Shown here: one piece after another, positions 47,170 to 55,918 of the stretch
Layout: each line of letters opens with the position of its first letter
Numbering within the stretch: the stretch's first letter is position 1
From: Planctomycetota bacterium
Lineage (GTDB): Bacteria > Planctomycetota > SZUA-567 > H5-PLA8
Reading direction: 5' to 3'
NCBI GenBank assembly: GCA_038227875.1
Contig: JBBRPR010000041.1
Coordinates: 1-64,000, forward strand
DNA: 64,000 nucleotides
Program-made: the position numbers and the translations under genes
Notes under the pieces: model-generated
Databases searched by the model: none
What the model was told of the DNA's origin: nothing
The model's input: only the letters and a program-made list of their open reading frames with translations

Positions 47170-48570
47170 ATGGAACTGTACTTCTGCGACCAGTGCGAGA
47201 AGCGGATTCCAACGGCCGACGTCGCCGAGGCGAAGGCCGCTGCCGCGTCGTTTAACGACCATATGTACTGCGTCGAGTGCCGTCCTCGTCCCGTCGCCCC
47301 CAAACCGGCGACCGCGACTTTTAAAGCACAGCCCAAATCCACCCTGCGCATGCAACGCACCACTCCAGCGCGGGACGCGCCGCTCGTTCCGCACAAGTCG
47401 CCGATTCGTGGCGCGGAAACCATGCCGACGGCCACGCCGATCAACCCCACGCCTCCGCCGATGCCGGCCGTTCGCGCGGGGACTTCGGGGTATCGCTCGC
47501 CCTCCGTGCAGGTTGCGCCGCCGCATCGAATGTCGGCATCAGCCTCGGCTTCGGCAGCTCGCGCGGTTGAAGTTCCCGCGCGGCGACCGAGCAGCAAGAC
47601 GCCGCTGATCGTGGGCGTTGCGATTTTTGCCGTTTGCTTGATCGCCGGTACCGCGCTGTTCTTCACCCAATCCGACAAGACGTCGCGCGTCGCCGCCGTT
47701 GAGACGGAACCAAAGAAAACAACCGCACCTACACCTGCATCTACGGGTCCGATGACGACCACAAACACGCCGAAAACCGACGAACCCAAGCCCGCGCCGA
47801 TTGTGCTGCATGGCTCGCCTTCCATGCCCGCCAACCCGATCGCCAAGCGCAACACGCCTCCCGTTGAAAAACCCAAACCTGTCCCACCACCGAAGAAGGA
47901 ATTGGTTCCGCCCGCGCCGGTTCTGGGCGTGGCCGAAGCCGGCGTCTCGGAACTGGGAGTCGAAGCATTAAAAGGGGACGCGCCGAAAATCGACGGACTT
48001 CTGGACGACGCCGCCTGGCGCAGCGCGGCGACATCCGATGCGATGAAGCTCGAAAATGGCGACACGCCCAACGGCAAGGCCAAGTTCTGGATGACGTACG
48101 ACGAGACGAATCTTTACGTGGCCGTCCAGTGCTTTGAAAACGCGACGGCGCTGAGCTCGCTTAAGGCCGAAGCCACGCAGACGGCATCGGACAACATCTG
48201 GATGGACGACTCCGTCGAACTATTCATCGATCGGGTGAATTCACGGCATGCGTATTATCAGCTCATTTTTAACCCCAAGGGCGTCGTCTGGTCGAAGTAC
48301 TACGACGGCCCCAAGCACGCCGTTGGTAACTGGGAGCCGACGGTCAGCGTCGCGGCGAATGTCGGTAAGATGAGCTGGACCGTTGAAGCCGCGATTCCAT
48401 TAAGTTCGTTCAAGCAAAGTTTGAAAACCACGAGCGAATGGTCGTTCAACATTGCGCATACCCGCACGGCTGCGAACGAATTGATGTACTGGAGTCCGGT
48501 GCACTCGGATTCGTCGCATCATCCGGAACGGTTTGGAAAGCTGACGGGAATGAAGGAAAGACAGTTTTGA
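47170..48570 (+). CDS. Zn-finger/TM protein with C-terminal CBM9-like (DOMON-like) sugar-binding domain
   Basis: FCDQC-x24-CVEC; Pro/Ser/Thr linker; TM; PKIDGLLDD.AW, YD..NLYVA, DSVELFID, WTVEAAIP, H.P.RFG. Confidence 0.85.
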   Translation: MELYFCDQCEKRIPTADVAEAKAAAASFNDHMYCVECRPRPVAPKPATATFKAQPKSTLRMQRTTPARDAPLVPHKSPIRGAETMPTATPINPTPPPMPAVRAGTSGYRSPSVQVAPPHRMSASASASAARAVEVPARRPSSKTPLIVGVAIFAVCLIAGTALFFTQSDKTSRVAAVETEPKKTTAPTPASTGPMTTTNTPKTDEPKPAPIVLHGSPSMPANPIAKRNTPPVEKPKPVPPPKKELVPPAPVLGVAEAGVSELGVEALKGDAPKIDGLLDDAAWRSAATSDAMKLENGDTPNGKAKFWMTYDETNLYVAVQCFENATALSSLKAEATQTASDNIWMDDSVELFIDRVNSRHAYYQLIFNPKGVVWSKYYDGPKHAVGNWEPTVSVAANVGKMSWTVEAAIPLSSFKQSLKTTSEWSFNIAHTRTAANELMYWSPVHSDSSHHPERFGKLTGMKERQF

Positions 48571-48651
48571 ATTTTGAGTCTTGAGTTTTAAGTTAACAGC
48601 TCGCACGCGTGATGCAGTCAACTCAAAACTAAAAACTCAACACTCAAAACT
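48563..48651. repeat. Inverted heptamer arrays (AGTTTTG / CAAAACT) forming a hairpin between convergent genes
   Basis: Arms 48563-48594 and 48620-48651; the left arm contains the upstream gene's stop codon. Confidence 0.8.
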
Positions 48652-48667
48652 ATCTGTGCCCACCGCA

Positions 48668-49150
48668 CTACCACGGAATAATGCTCTGATGATCCTTCAC
48701 CCGCCGCACGCTGCGGGCTTTCCAATCGAGCACGAAATCCTTGATCACGAAACCGACCACGCCAACGCCGATTACCAACGCGGGCCAGAAGAAAGTCGGG
48801 ACCTCGATGATGCGGCCGATTCCGCAGAGCAGGATGGCCAGTCCACCGATGACACCGGCGACGCCGACGGTGGATTCCATGCACATGCAGACGATGCGTT
48901 TCGGCGCGGTCCCTGAGCCTGTCGAGGGAGTCGGCCCTGAGCCCGTCGAAGGGTCCGCGGCGGGGTGATCTTTTTTCGCGACGTACTTCACATACAGGTC
49001 GCGCAGCAAGCCCTGGCCGAGCAGCAGGACGGATGCGGCGAGAATCAGATAGCCGGCCGGCAGCTTGACCGGCAGCCGCGTCGCGAAAAACCAGGTGGCC
49101 ACGGCGACGGTGGCGATCAATCCCAGTTCGATTTTTTCACGCGTGCGCAT
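48668..49150 (-). CDS. 4-TM membrane hypothetical protein
   Basis: Four hydrophobic segments; CMCMES motif; loop carries a PSTGSG duplication. Confidence 0.75.
   Translation of the reverse strand: MRTREKIELGLIATVAVATWFFATRLPVKLPAGYLILAASVLLLGQGLLRDLYVKYVAKKDHPAADPSTGSGPTPSTGSGTAPKRIVCMCMESTVGVAGVIGGLAILLCGIGRIIEVPTFFWPALVIGVGVVGFVIKDFVLDWKARSVRRVKDHQSIIPW
48911..48953. repeat. Two REP-like units CCCTGAGCCYGTCGARGG, in frame inside the CDS
   Basis: 48911-48929 and 48935-48953, 24-bp period. Confidence 0.75.
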
Positions 49151-49313
49151 ATTCGACGCTCAGAATCCTGTTTGGTATTTGTTGAAGTGTCAACGACCTG
49201 ACTTTATTCATTTTGCTGCTGAGATCGATGAATTTGTGCAATAATTCGTGACCCTCCGAGGGTGCTGCCAGTGAAGCAGATGCGGGATTTTTGAGCTCGT
49301 GGGAGTGCTGCAA

Positions 49314-49886
49314 ATGCGTAAACGAGAGCAGATGGCGGTGGCGGCATTCGCGGCGCTGGCACTGGTCACGCTCGACGCGATAACCTACTCGGCGTGGTGG
49401 CGCGATGGATTTACGATCAACGCCATTTTCAGAATGTTCATCATCGCGATGTTTGTTTTTCCCGGTGCCGTACTGGCCTGGCGTCTGCGCGAGGGGATGA
49501 GTTTAAAATCGTGGGCAGCGATCGCGTCCCGTTATTGGCTCACGGCGGGCGCAGTCGTTTTGTTCTGCGTGCAGTCGGGACTTTATAGATACCTGAGCAA
49601 CAGTACGAATTGGAACAGGATTCAGGAGACGATTTTTAACGGTGCCCTGTGTCTGCCGTTTGGGATGTTTTTCATCTTTTGGCTGACGCATGAAAAACGT
49701 CTAAAAACGACGTATCCGATACGCGGGGTGCGACGAAGAATCAATGGGCGGTCATCCGTGGAAATTCCTTTCATCAGTAAGATGGGCATGAAGGACACGC
49801 CCACGCGCGCGTTTTCAGCGAATCGCTTTCGCGTAAAGCGCAATGTTTCGCCGCAGCTCTTCCTGCACGGTCGGCGGTTGAACTAA
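49314..49886 (+). CDS. Membrane hypothetical protein (3' end uncertain, overlaps rmlD)
   Basis: Four hydrophobic helices in the first ~130 aa; lower GC. Confidence 0.5.
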   Translation: MRKREQMAVAAFAALALVTLDAITYSAWWRDGFTINAIFRMFIIAMFVFPGAVLAWRLREGMSLKSWAAIASRYWLTAGAVVLFCVQSGLYRYLSNSTNWNRIQETIFNGALCLPFGMFFIFWLTHEKRLKTTYPIRGVRRRINGRSSVEIPFISKMGMKDTPTRAFSANRFRVKRNVSPQLFLHGRRLN

Positions 49887-50654
49887 GTCCTCGAAAAATT
49901 TGTCTTCGATCACCGCGTCCACACGCTTGGGTTTGTGCCAGGAATCGAGCTCCGACTTGGTCAGCTTCTCCGGCGGCTTGCGGACACCGGCTTCGGCCAG
50001 GAACGTGCCGACTTCGAACGGCGACGAGTACCCGCGCTCGTACACATTCAAAATCCGCCCCCAGCACGGTTTTTCCAACGCGATGTCGATGGTTCGCGCG
50101 ATCGTCTCGGCGCTGGTCATGGAATTGGGCGTGTCGAGCAACTTCGGGTAGCTGGCGAGTTTGGTCAGCGTATTGCGCGGTGAGGCCAGCGGCGAATACA
50201 CCTGCCGCGGACGCAGGATCAGCAGCGGCGAGCTGCTTTCGGCGCGGAGCATCGCGTCGCAGGCGGCTTTCGACCACGCGTAAAAACAGGCCGGGGTGGG
50301 CGGATCGAAGGGCTGAAAGGCCTTGCCGTCGGCGCGGTACGGACCGTCCCAGACGCAGCCGCTGCTGAGATGAATGTACGGCACGCGGTTCTTGAACGCG
50401 GCCTTCACCGCGCGGTAGACATACAGCGGCGCGCCGGCGTTGCAGCGGAAACATTCGGCGGCATTGTCTTCACACCAGCGCAGCTCGGTTTTGCCGGCGG
50501 TGTTGACGACGACTTCCGGATCCAGCTTGCGCAGCGTGGCCTCATCGAGGTCCGCCATCTCGCGCGTCCAATGGAAGTCGGGCGAAATGCCCCAGCGCTC
50601 CTTCAAGAATCCGCCGAGGTGGCCCTTGCCTATCAGTAGTATTCGCTTACTCAA
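49815..50654 (-). CDS. RmlD-like NDP-sugar reductase/epimerase
   Basis: ILLIGKGHLG, NTAGKT...WCE, HLSSGC, YAWSK, LILRPR; TTG start with AAGGAG. Confidence 0.8.
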   Translation of the reverse strand: MSKRILLIGKGHLGGFLKERWGISPDFHWTREMADLDEATLRKLDPEVVVNTAGKTELRWCEDNAAECFRCNAGAPLYVYRAVKAAFKNRVPYIHLSSGCVWDGPYRADGKAFQPFDPPTPACFYAWSKAACDAMLRAESSSPLLILRPRQVYSPLASPRNTLTKLASYPKLLDTPNSMTSAETIARTIDIALEKPCWGRILNVYERGYSSPFEVGTFLAEAGVRKPPEKLTKSELDSWHKPKRVDAVIEDKFFEDLVQPPTVQEELRRNIALYAKAIR

Positions 50655-50668
50655 TTCGAGCTCCTTTT

Positions 50669-50811
50669 AACGGAGTCATTGTTCATCGGGCATTGGTCAT
50701 CGGTCATTTTTCATTTACGTGGAGCGTGGTGCCGAACCAAAATGCCTGCCTGCCGCTCTTCGTAAATGACCAATGACCAATGACCAATGCCCAATGACCA
50801 ATGACTCCGTT
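50669..50811. repeat. Long inverted repeat of heptamers (GGTCATT / AATGACC): 51-bp arms, 41-nt loop
   Basis: Arms 50669-50719 and 50761-50811 between rmlB and the rmlD-like gene. Confidence 0.88.
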
Positions 50812-50821
50812 CCAATTTCCG

Positions 50822-51829
50822 TTACCGCTTCCCGTACTGCAACTCGTAGTACTCTCTGTAAACTCCAGACTTAACGGCTTCCCACCACGGCCGGTTTTCG
50901 CGGTACCAGTGGACGGTGTCAGCCAACCCCTTTTCGAACGACATCGTGGGATTCCAGCCGAGTTCGCGGGTCGACTTGCTGTGGTCGATCAGGTAGACGC
51001 GGTCGTGGCCGGGACGGTCTTGGACGTATTGGATGAACTCTTCGCCGCGGCCGGTCAGTTTCAGAAGTTGCCGGGTGATCTCCAGGTTCGGCGTGCCGTT
51101 GCCGCCGCCGAGGTTGTAGACTTCGCCGCTCTTGCCCCGTTCCAGCGCGGCAAAGACGCCGCGGCTGTGGTCGTCGCAATGAATCCAGTCGCGCACCTGC
51201 ATGCCATCGCCGTAGACCGGGACCTTCTTGCCTTCGAAGAGATTCGTGGTGAACAGCGGGATCAGCTTTTCGGGGACCTGGTACGGTCCGTAATTGTTCG
51301 AACAGCGCGTGATCACGGCGTCCATCTTAAAGGTGTGATGGTAGGCGAGGACGAACAGGTCGGCGCTGGTCTTGCTCGCGGCGTAAGGGCTCGATGGCTT
51401 CAGGTAGTGTTTTTCGGTGAACGGCTTTTTGTCGTCGGCGGAACCGTAGACTTCGTCCGTGGAGACTTGGAGAAAGCGCGTCTTCGTCCCGGCTCGGCGC
51501 AATGCATCGAGAAGCATCTGCGTGCCGCCGATGTTGGTGCTGACGAAGGGCGAGGCATCTAGAATTGAGCGATCGACGTGGCTTTCGGCGGCGAAGTTGA
51601 CCAGCGCCTCGGGCTGCTCGTCTTTCAGGAGTTGTTCGACCAGCGCGGCGTCGCGGATGTCGCCTTTGACGAAGCGATAACCCTTTGCGTTCTTGATCGG
51701 CTCAAGATTGGCGAGATTGCCGGCGTAGGTTAGAGAGTCGAGTACCGTGACGGAATGGCCGAGGCTGATTCCGAGGCGCGCGAAGCTGGACCCGATGAAT
51801 CCTGCCGCGCCCGTGACCAGAAGTTTCAT
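50822..51829 (-). CDS. rfbB: dTDP-glucose 4,6-dehydratase
   Basis: TGAAGFIGS, LTYAGN, AAESHVDRSI, STDEVYG, PYAASK, CSNNYGPYQ.PEKLIP, DRPGHD. Confidence 0.95.
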   Translation of the reverse strand: MKLLVTGAAGFIGSSFARLGISLGHSVTVLDSLTYAGNLANLEPIKNAKGYRFVKGDIRDAALVEQLLKDEQPEALVNFAAESHVDRSILDASPFVSTNIGGTQMLLDALRRAGTKTRFLQVSTDEVYGSADDKKPFTEKHYLKPSSPYAASKTSADLFVLAYHHTFKMDAVITRCSNNYGPYQVPEKLIPLFTTNLFEGKKVPVYGDGMQVRDWIHCDDHSRGVFAALERGKSGEVYNLGGGNGTPNLEITRQLLKLTGRGEEFIQYVQDRPGHDRVYLIDHSKSTRELGWNPTMSFEKGLADTVHWYRENRPWWEAVKSGVYREYYELQYGKR

Positions 51830-51934
51830 TACGCTCCCTCATTTGCAAAGTAGTAGCGGTAGTTGGTGCGCTACTATGAACCTTCGATTACCGCTTCTAC
51901 CAATGATTTCTTGATGTCACAAGCTCACGTGCGG

Positions 51935-53107
51935 TCACAGCCAGCTGAAAGGATAGGCTGGGTCGTCGAGTTTCATGGCATCGGCCGTCAGCAACAGCGG
52001 CTTGTCGGTGTCGAACATCACGGCCAGTTCCTCGGTGCGTTTGGCATCCATGCTCGCGGCGATGGTGCCGGGGTGCGGACCGTGGGGGATGCCGCGGGGG
52101 TGGACGGAGAGCGATCCGGATTCGACGCCCTTGCGGCTGCCGAACTGGCCGCGGACGTAGAAGAGGACTTCGTCGGCCTCCACATTGGAATGGACATATG
52201 GCACCTTGATCGCGAGCGGATGGGAGTCGAGCATGCGCGGCGCGAAGGTGCAGATGACGAAGCCTTTGCATTCGAAGGTCTGATGGATCGGCGGCGGCTG
52301 ATGGACGGTGCCGGTAATCGGTTCGAAATCGTTCGCGCTGAACGTGTAGGGATAGATGAAGCCGTCCCAGCCGACGAGATCGAATGGGTGGTGCGCCATG
52401 ACATAGCGCGTCAGGCGCGAACCGTCTTTGACGAGAATCGGTGTGTCTTCTTCCTTGTCGATGAAGAGCGGTTCGGTCGGGCCGTGGAGGTCTCGTTCAC
52501 TGAAGGGCGCGCCCATTTTGATCTGGCCGTCGGGATTGTGGTAGTGAGCCGGAACGCGAATGGCGCCTTCGGATTCCAGGATGAGGTAATCTTCGGCCGC
52601 GATGTTGTCGGGGACGAGGCGGTAGGTCGTGCCGCGCGGGATAACAATGTAGTCGTCTTCGCGGTAGGGCAGCCGGCCGTAGGACGATTCCAGCACACCG
52701 CCGCCGTGGAAGACGAAGATGACTTCGTCCGAGGCGCCGTTGCGGTAAAGCATTTCCTGCGGCTGTGACGGCCGGCAGCGGTAGCAGGTGAGGTCGGCAT
52801 TCGTGAGGAGCGGAATGCGCCCGCGGATCGGATCGCCGCCGCGCGCCATGCCCGACGTCTTGAGATGATGGTGGCGCAACGTCTGTTCTGGCGCGATTTC
52901 GAAGGCGAAGAAACCCGCGCTTTCAATTTTGCGTACGCGTGTCGGCGGGCGCAGGTGGTACATGATCGAGTACGCGCGATCGAATCCCGCCGTGGTGACG
53001 ACATGCTCGTAGGCCATGCCTTCCTGATTGAAGCTCGTCGCCTTGTCGCGCGCGAGTTTCGTGTGGCGCTTCGGCGGGATCGTTCCTTGTTTCATGTAGG
53101 TGGGCAT
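51935..53107 (-). CDS. hmgA: Homogentisate 1,2-dioxygenase
   Basis: G.IPPKRHT, HPFDLVGWDG, G.VHQPPP.H, PY.HSNVE.DEVLFY, HP.GIPHGP, ELAVM.DT. Confidence 0.9.
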   Translation of the reverse strand: MPTYMKQGTIPPKRHTKLARDKATSFNQEGMAYEHVVTTAGFDRAYSIMYHLRPPTRVRKIESAGFFAFEIAPEQTLRHHHLKTSGMARGGDPIRGRIPLLTNADLTCYRCRPSQPQEMLYRNGASDEVIFVFHGGGVLESSYGRLPYREDDYIVIPRGTTYRLVPDNIAAEDYLILESEGAIRVPAHYHNPDGQIKMGAPFSERDLHGPTEPLFIDKEEDTPILVKDGSRLTRYVMAHHPFDLVGWDGFIYPYTFSANDFEPITGTVHQPPPIHQTFECKGFVICTFAPRMLDSHPLAIKVPYVHSNVEADEVLFYVRGQFGSRKGVESGSLSVHPRGIPHGPHPGTIAASMDAKRTEELAVMFDTDKPLLLTADAMKLDDPAYPFSWL

Positions 53108-53131
53108 GGCTGGTCCTCGTCGAGCCTCTGT

Positions 53132-54040
53132 TCAAGCCGGTCTTGCAACCACAACGTTCCTCAACACCCCAAGCCTCTCTATCTCCAATTCAACCACATC
53201 TCCAGGCTTTAGCCAGCCGCCGGTGGTTTCGGGGCCGAGTTCCAGGATGCAGCCGGAGCCGACAGTGCCGGAGCCGATCAGATCGCCGACGAAGAGTTCG
53301 GCGTCGCGGGAGGCTTGGGCGATCACTTGGGGCCACGGGTGGTGCATAGCTTTGGCATTGCCGCGGGAAAATTCCTTGCCGTTGATCCGGGCCGACATGG
53401 CGAGGTTGACGCGGCCGTCGGCGTCGATCACGTCGCTGAATTCGTCCAGCGTCACCAGCCAGGGGCCGACGGCGGTGGCGAAGTCCTTGCCTTTCGCGGG
53501 TCCCAGGCCCACTGCCATTTCCTTCCGCTGCAGGTCGCGGGCGCTGAAGTCGTTGATGATCGTGAAGCCGGCGACGTGTTCCCAAGCCTGTTCCGGCGGG
53601 ATGTCCCGGCCGGGCTTGCCGATGACGATGCCGAGCTCCAATTCGTAGTCGAGTTCGGCGCAGCCGTGGGGGGCGTAGACGCTGGCGCCGCTGCCGAGCA
53701 GCGAACCGGGATTGGAGAAGTAGAAGACGGGGATGTCGTACCATTCGGGTGCGACTTTGGCGCCGCGTTTTTCGCGGCAGGTTTTCACGTGCTGCTCGAA
53801 GGCGTAGAAATCCCGGAAGGCTCGAGGTTGCAGCACGGGCGGGAGGAACTTCGGCGTTCCGGAGACGCGCAGGCCGGGTTTGACGGCGAGCTTCGGCACG
53901 ATGCTCAGGAACTCGTCGCGGTGCGGCAGGAGCGTCTGCAGATTCGGCACGAGCTCGTTTAAGTACACCCAGCCGGAGGGTGTTTCGGCGGCGGGGCGGG
54001 GTGGGAGGCCGTTGCCGGGGTCGAGTGTGGCTAAGCGCAT
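53132..54040 (-). CDS. Fumarylacetoacetate hydrolase family protein
   Basis: RDFYAFEQHV, PVFYFSN, LDYELE, NDFSARDLQ, KGKDF, GSGTVG.GC; adjacent to hmgA. Confidence 0.9.
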   Translation of the reverse strand: MRLATLDPGNGLPPRPAAETPSGWVYLNELVPNLQTLLPHRDEFLSIVPKLAVKPGLRVSGTPKFLPPVLQPRAFRDFYAFEQHVKTCREKRGAKVAPEWYDIPVFYFSNPGSLLGSGASVYAPHGCAELDYELELGIVIGKPGRDIPPEQAWEHVAGFTIINDFSARDLQRKEMAVGLGPAKGKDFATAVGPWLVTLDEFSDVIDADGRVNLAMSARINGKEFSRGNAKAMHHPWPQVIAQASRDAELFVGDLIGSGTVGSGCILELGPETTGGWLKPGDVVELEIERLGVLRNVVVARPA

Positions 54041-54060
54041 GGGTGTTTACCTCGCGTTAT

Positions 54061-55263
54061 TTAAAGCGTTACGACCTGGCCTTTGCGGGCCCACGGGACG
54101 CCGACTTCGTGCGGGAGTTTATTCTCTTCGTAGCAGGTGGTGAGGACGTCGACCAGGCCGTCGACATAGGTCAGCGTATCGCCGTCGGCTTCCGTTTTGA
54201 CGCGGCCGATGGCGGCGGGGAATTCGACAACCTCGGGCACGGAGCGTTGCATGCCGTCGATGGCTCGCGTCTGGTTCATCGCGGCTTCGATGGTGCAGGG
54301 GATCGGCGCGCCACCGCGGATGGCATCGACTGTTTTCCAGAGCTTGCGGCCCTGATCCTGATCGAGGCTGCCGTAGTTTTTGACCGTGCCGTCGGTGAAG
54401 TTGGCCGTGATCGGCGTGTCGCGGTCGTGGATGACGGTGCCTTTTTCGAATTCATAGATGAAGCGCGGACCGAGCAGGCTTTCGACGGGGTGCGCGCAGT
54501 AGTAGAGCAGCTCGGCGCCATCGGCGGTGCGGAAGCGCGCGACGCCGGTATCGAAGTTGGTGATCGGATTGGCGCGGTAGAGTTCGGCCTGCGCTTCCAC
54601 CGGGGGCGCGCTGCGGTCGACGCGGTCGCCGAGGACGAAGAACATGTTGTGGAGAAAGTGCGCGGTGGCGTTGTTGGCGGGGCTATCGAGCACCCAGGAC
54701 CCGTTGCGCGACTGCCGCGCGCCGGCCCACGCACTGCGCTGGTAGTAGGAGCGCTTGCGCGGCCAGAGCACCAGCGTTTTCAAGCGTTTGGCGCGGCCGA
54801 ACTTTCCGGCCATGATGTCGGCTTTCAGGTTCAGGACGGAGTCGCTGAATGAGGCTTGGTAGCCGACGGCGACGATTTTACCGGCCTTGTCGCGCGCGGC
54901 GATCATGCGGGCTGCTTCGTCGAGCGTGGCGCAGAGCGGCTTTTCGACGATGACGTGGAGGCCGTGTTCAAGGGCGCGGATGGTTTCCGGTGCGTGGAGG
55001 TGGATCGGTAGGGCCAGCAGCATGAGATCGGCGCGGACGGTCGAGGCGTAGAAGTCGTCGAGCGAGGTGAAGAGCGCGACGCCTTTCGTTTTGAGTTCGT
55101 TCCAGCGGGCGGCTTTCTCGCCGGCGGGATCGATGCCGGCGACGAGCTGGATGTTCTTCTCAGCGCCGATGTGATCGAGGTAGTTCAGGTAAGAGCCGCC
55201 GTACCCGCCCACTCCGGCGAGGGCTACGGTGACGGGTTTGGCATCAGGAGTTGAAGCGGACAT
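54061..55263 (-). CDS. Gfo/Idh/MocA oxidoreductase
   Basis: GVGGYG, P.HLH, VEKP, DSPANNATAH. Confidence 0.9.
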   Translation of the reverse strand: MSASTPDAKPVTVALAGVGGYGGSYLNYLDHIGAEKNIQLVAGIDPAGEKAARWNELKTKGVALFTSLDDFYASTVRADLMLLALPIHLHAPETIRALEHGLHVIVEKPLCATLDEAARMIAARDKAGKIVAVGYQASFSDSVLNLKADIMAGKFGRAKRLKTLVLWPRKRSYYQRSAWAGARQSRNGSWVLDSPANNATAHFLHNMFFVLGDRVDRSAPPVEAQAELYRANPITNFDTGVARFRTADGAELLYYCAHPVESLLGPRFIYEFEKGTVIHDRDTPITANFTDGTVKNYGSLDQDQGRKLWKTVDAIRGGAPIPCTIEAAMNQTRAIDGMQRSVPEVVEFPAAIGRVKTEADGDTLTYVDGLVDVLTTCYEENKLPHEVGVPWARKGQVVTL

Positions 55264-55365
55264 GGTGGGTGGAGATCTCCGAATCTTCCGGGGCAATTTT
55301 CCATTTTCCAAGACCATCGTACAGGGATTGGAGATGGGGTGGTACTCGCGATTTTTGCTCCAGGT

Positions 55366-55395
55366 GAATGTTACGGAATGCGACAGAATGTTACA
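55366..55395. repeat. Decamer direct repeat GAATGnnACR x3
   Basis: gaatgttacg gaatgcgaca gaatgttaca. Confidence 0.55.
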
Positions 55396-55680
55396 GGGAT
55401 CGGGGGTGGGGCTTTTATCTCACGCCAAGCCGCTAAGGCGCAAAGGGACGGAGTTTTTATTTTAGGCAAAGAGGACGCGCAAGGCGAGGGTTGGGGATTT
55501 ACATGGCTAGGCCTCCGGGGGTGGGTGGTTCGCTGGATTGGGACAGGATCAGGTATTGTGAGCGAGTTGAAGGCAATGGTGCGGGTTTCCGGAGCGGCGA
55601 TGATGTGACGTGGTGTGGAAAGTGTCCTTATATATAAGCGGTGATTGATCCCGAAAATCAAGGGAAATCTGGCGGATGAG

Positions 55681-55800
55681 CTAATTTGAGCAGGAATGAG
55701 AGCGAATGATAGCAAATGAGCGCGATTGAGCAGGAATGATTCAAAATGAGCGCGATTGAGCAGGAATGAGCAGGAATGAGCGTGAATGAGCAGGAATAAG
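55681..55800. repeat. Decamer tandem array, 12 units (consensus CAGGAATGAG)
   Basis: Strict 10-bp period with conserved ATGAG/TTGAG ends. Confidence 0.85.
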
Positions 55801-55918
55801 CGAGTGGCACGAAGTCTATGTTTAGTAGCACGAGCGAATCAGACGTCGTTGTTTTGGTGGAAGTTCAGTCGCCTGCGGTCTCTGGCATCAGCTGCGATTG
55901 CTGGGTAGCATCTTTTGT

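Noticed and set aside
55339..55715. Short ORFs in the decamer-repeat gap
   Set aside because: No RBS or motif support; the translations largely reflect the repeats.
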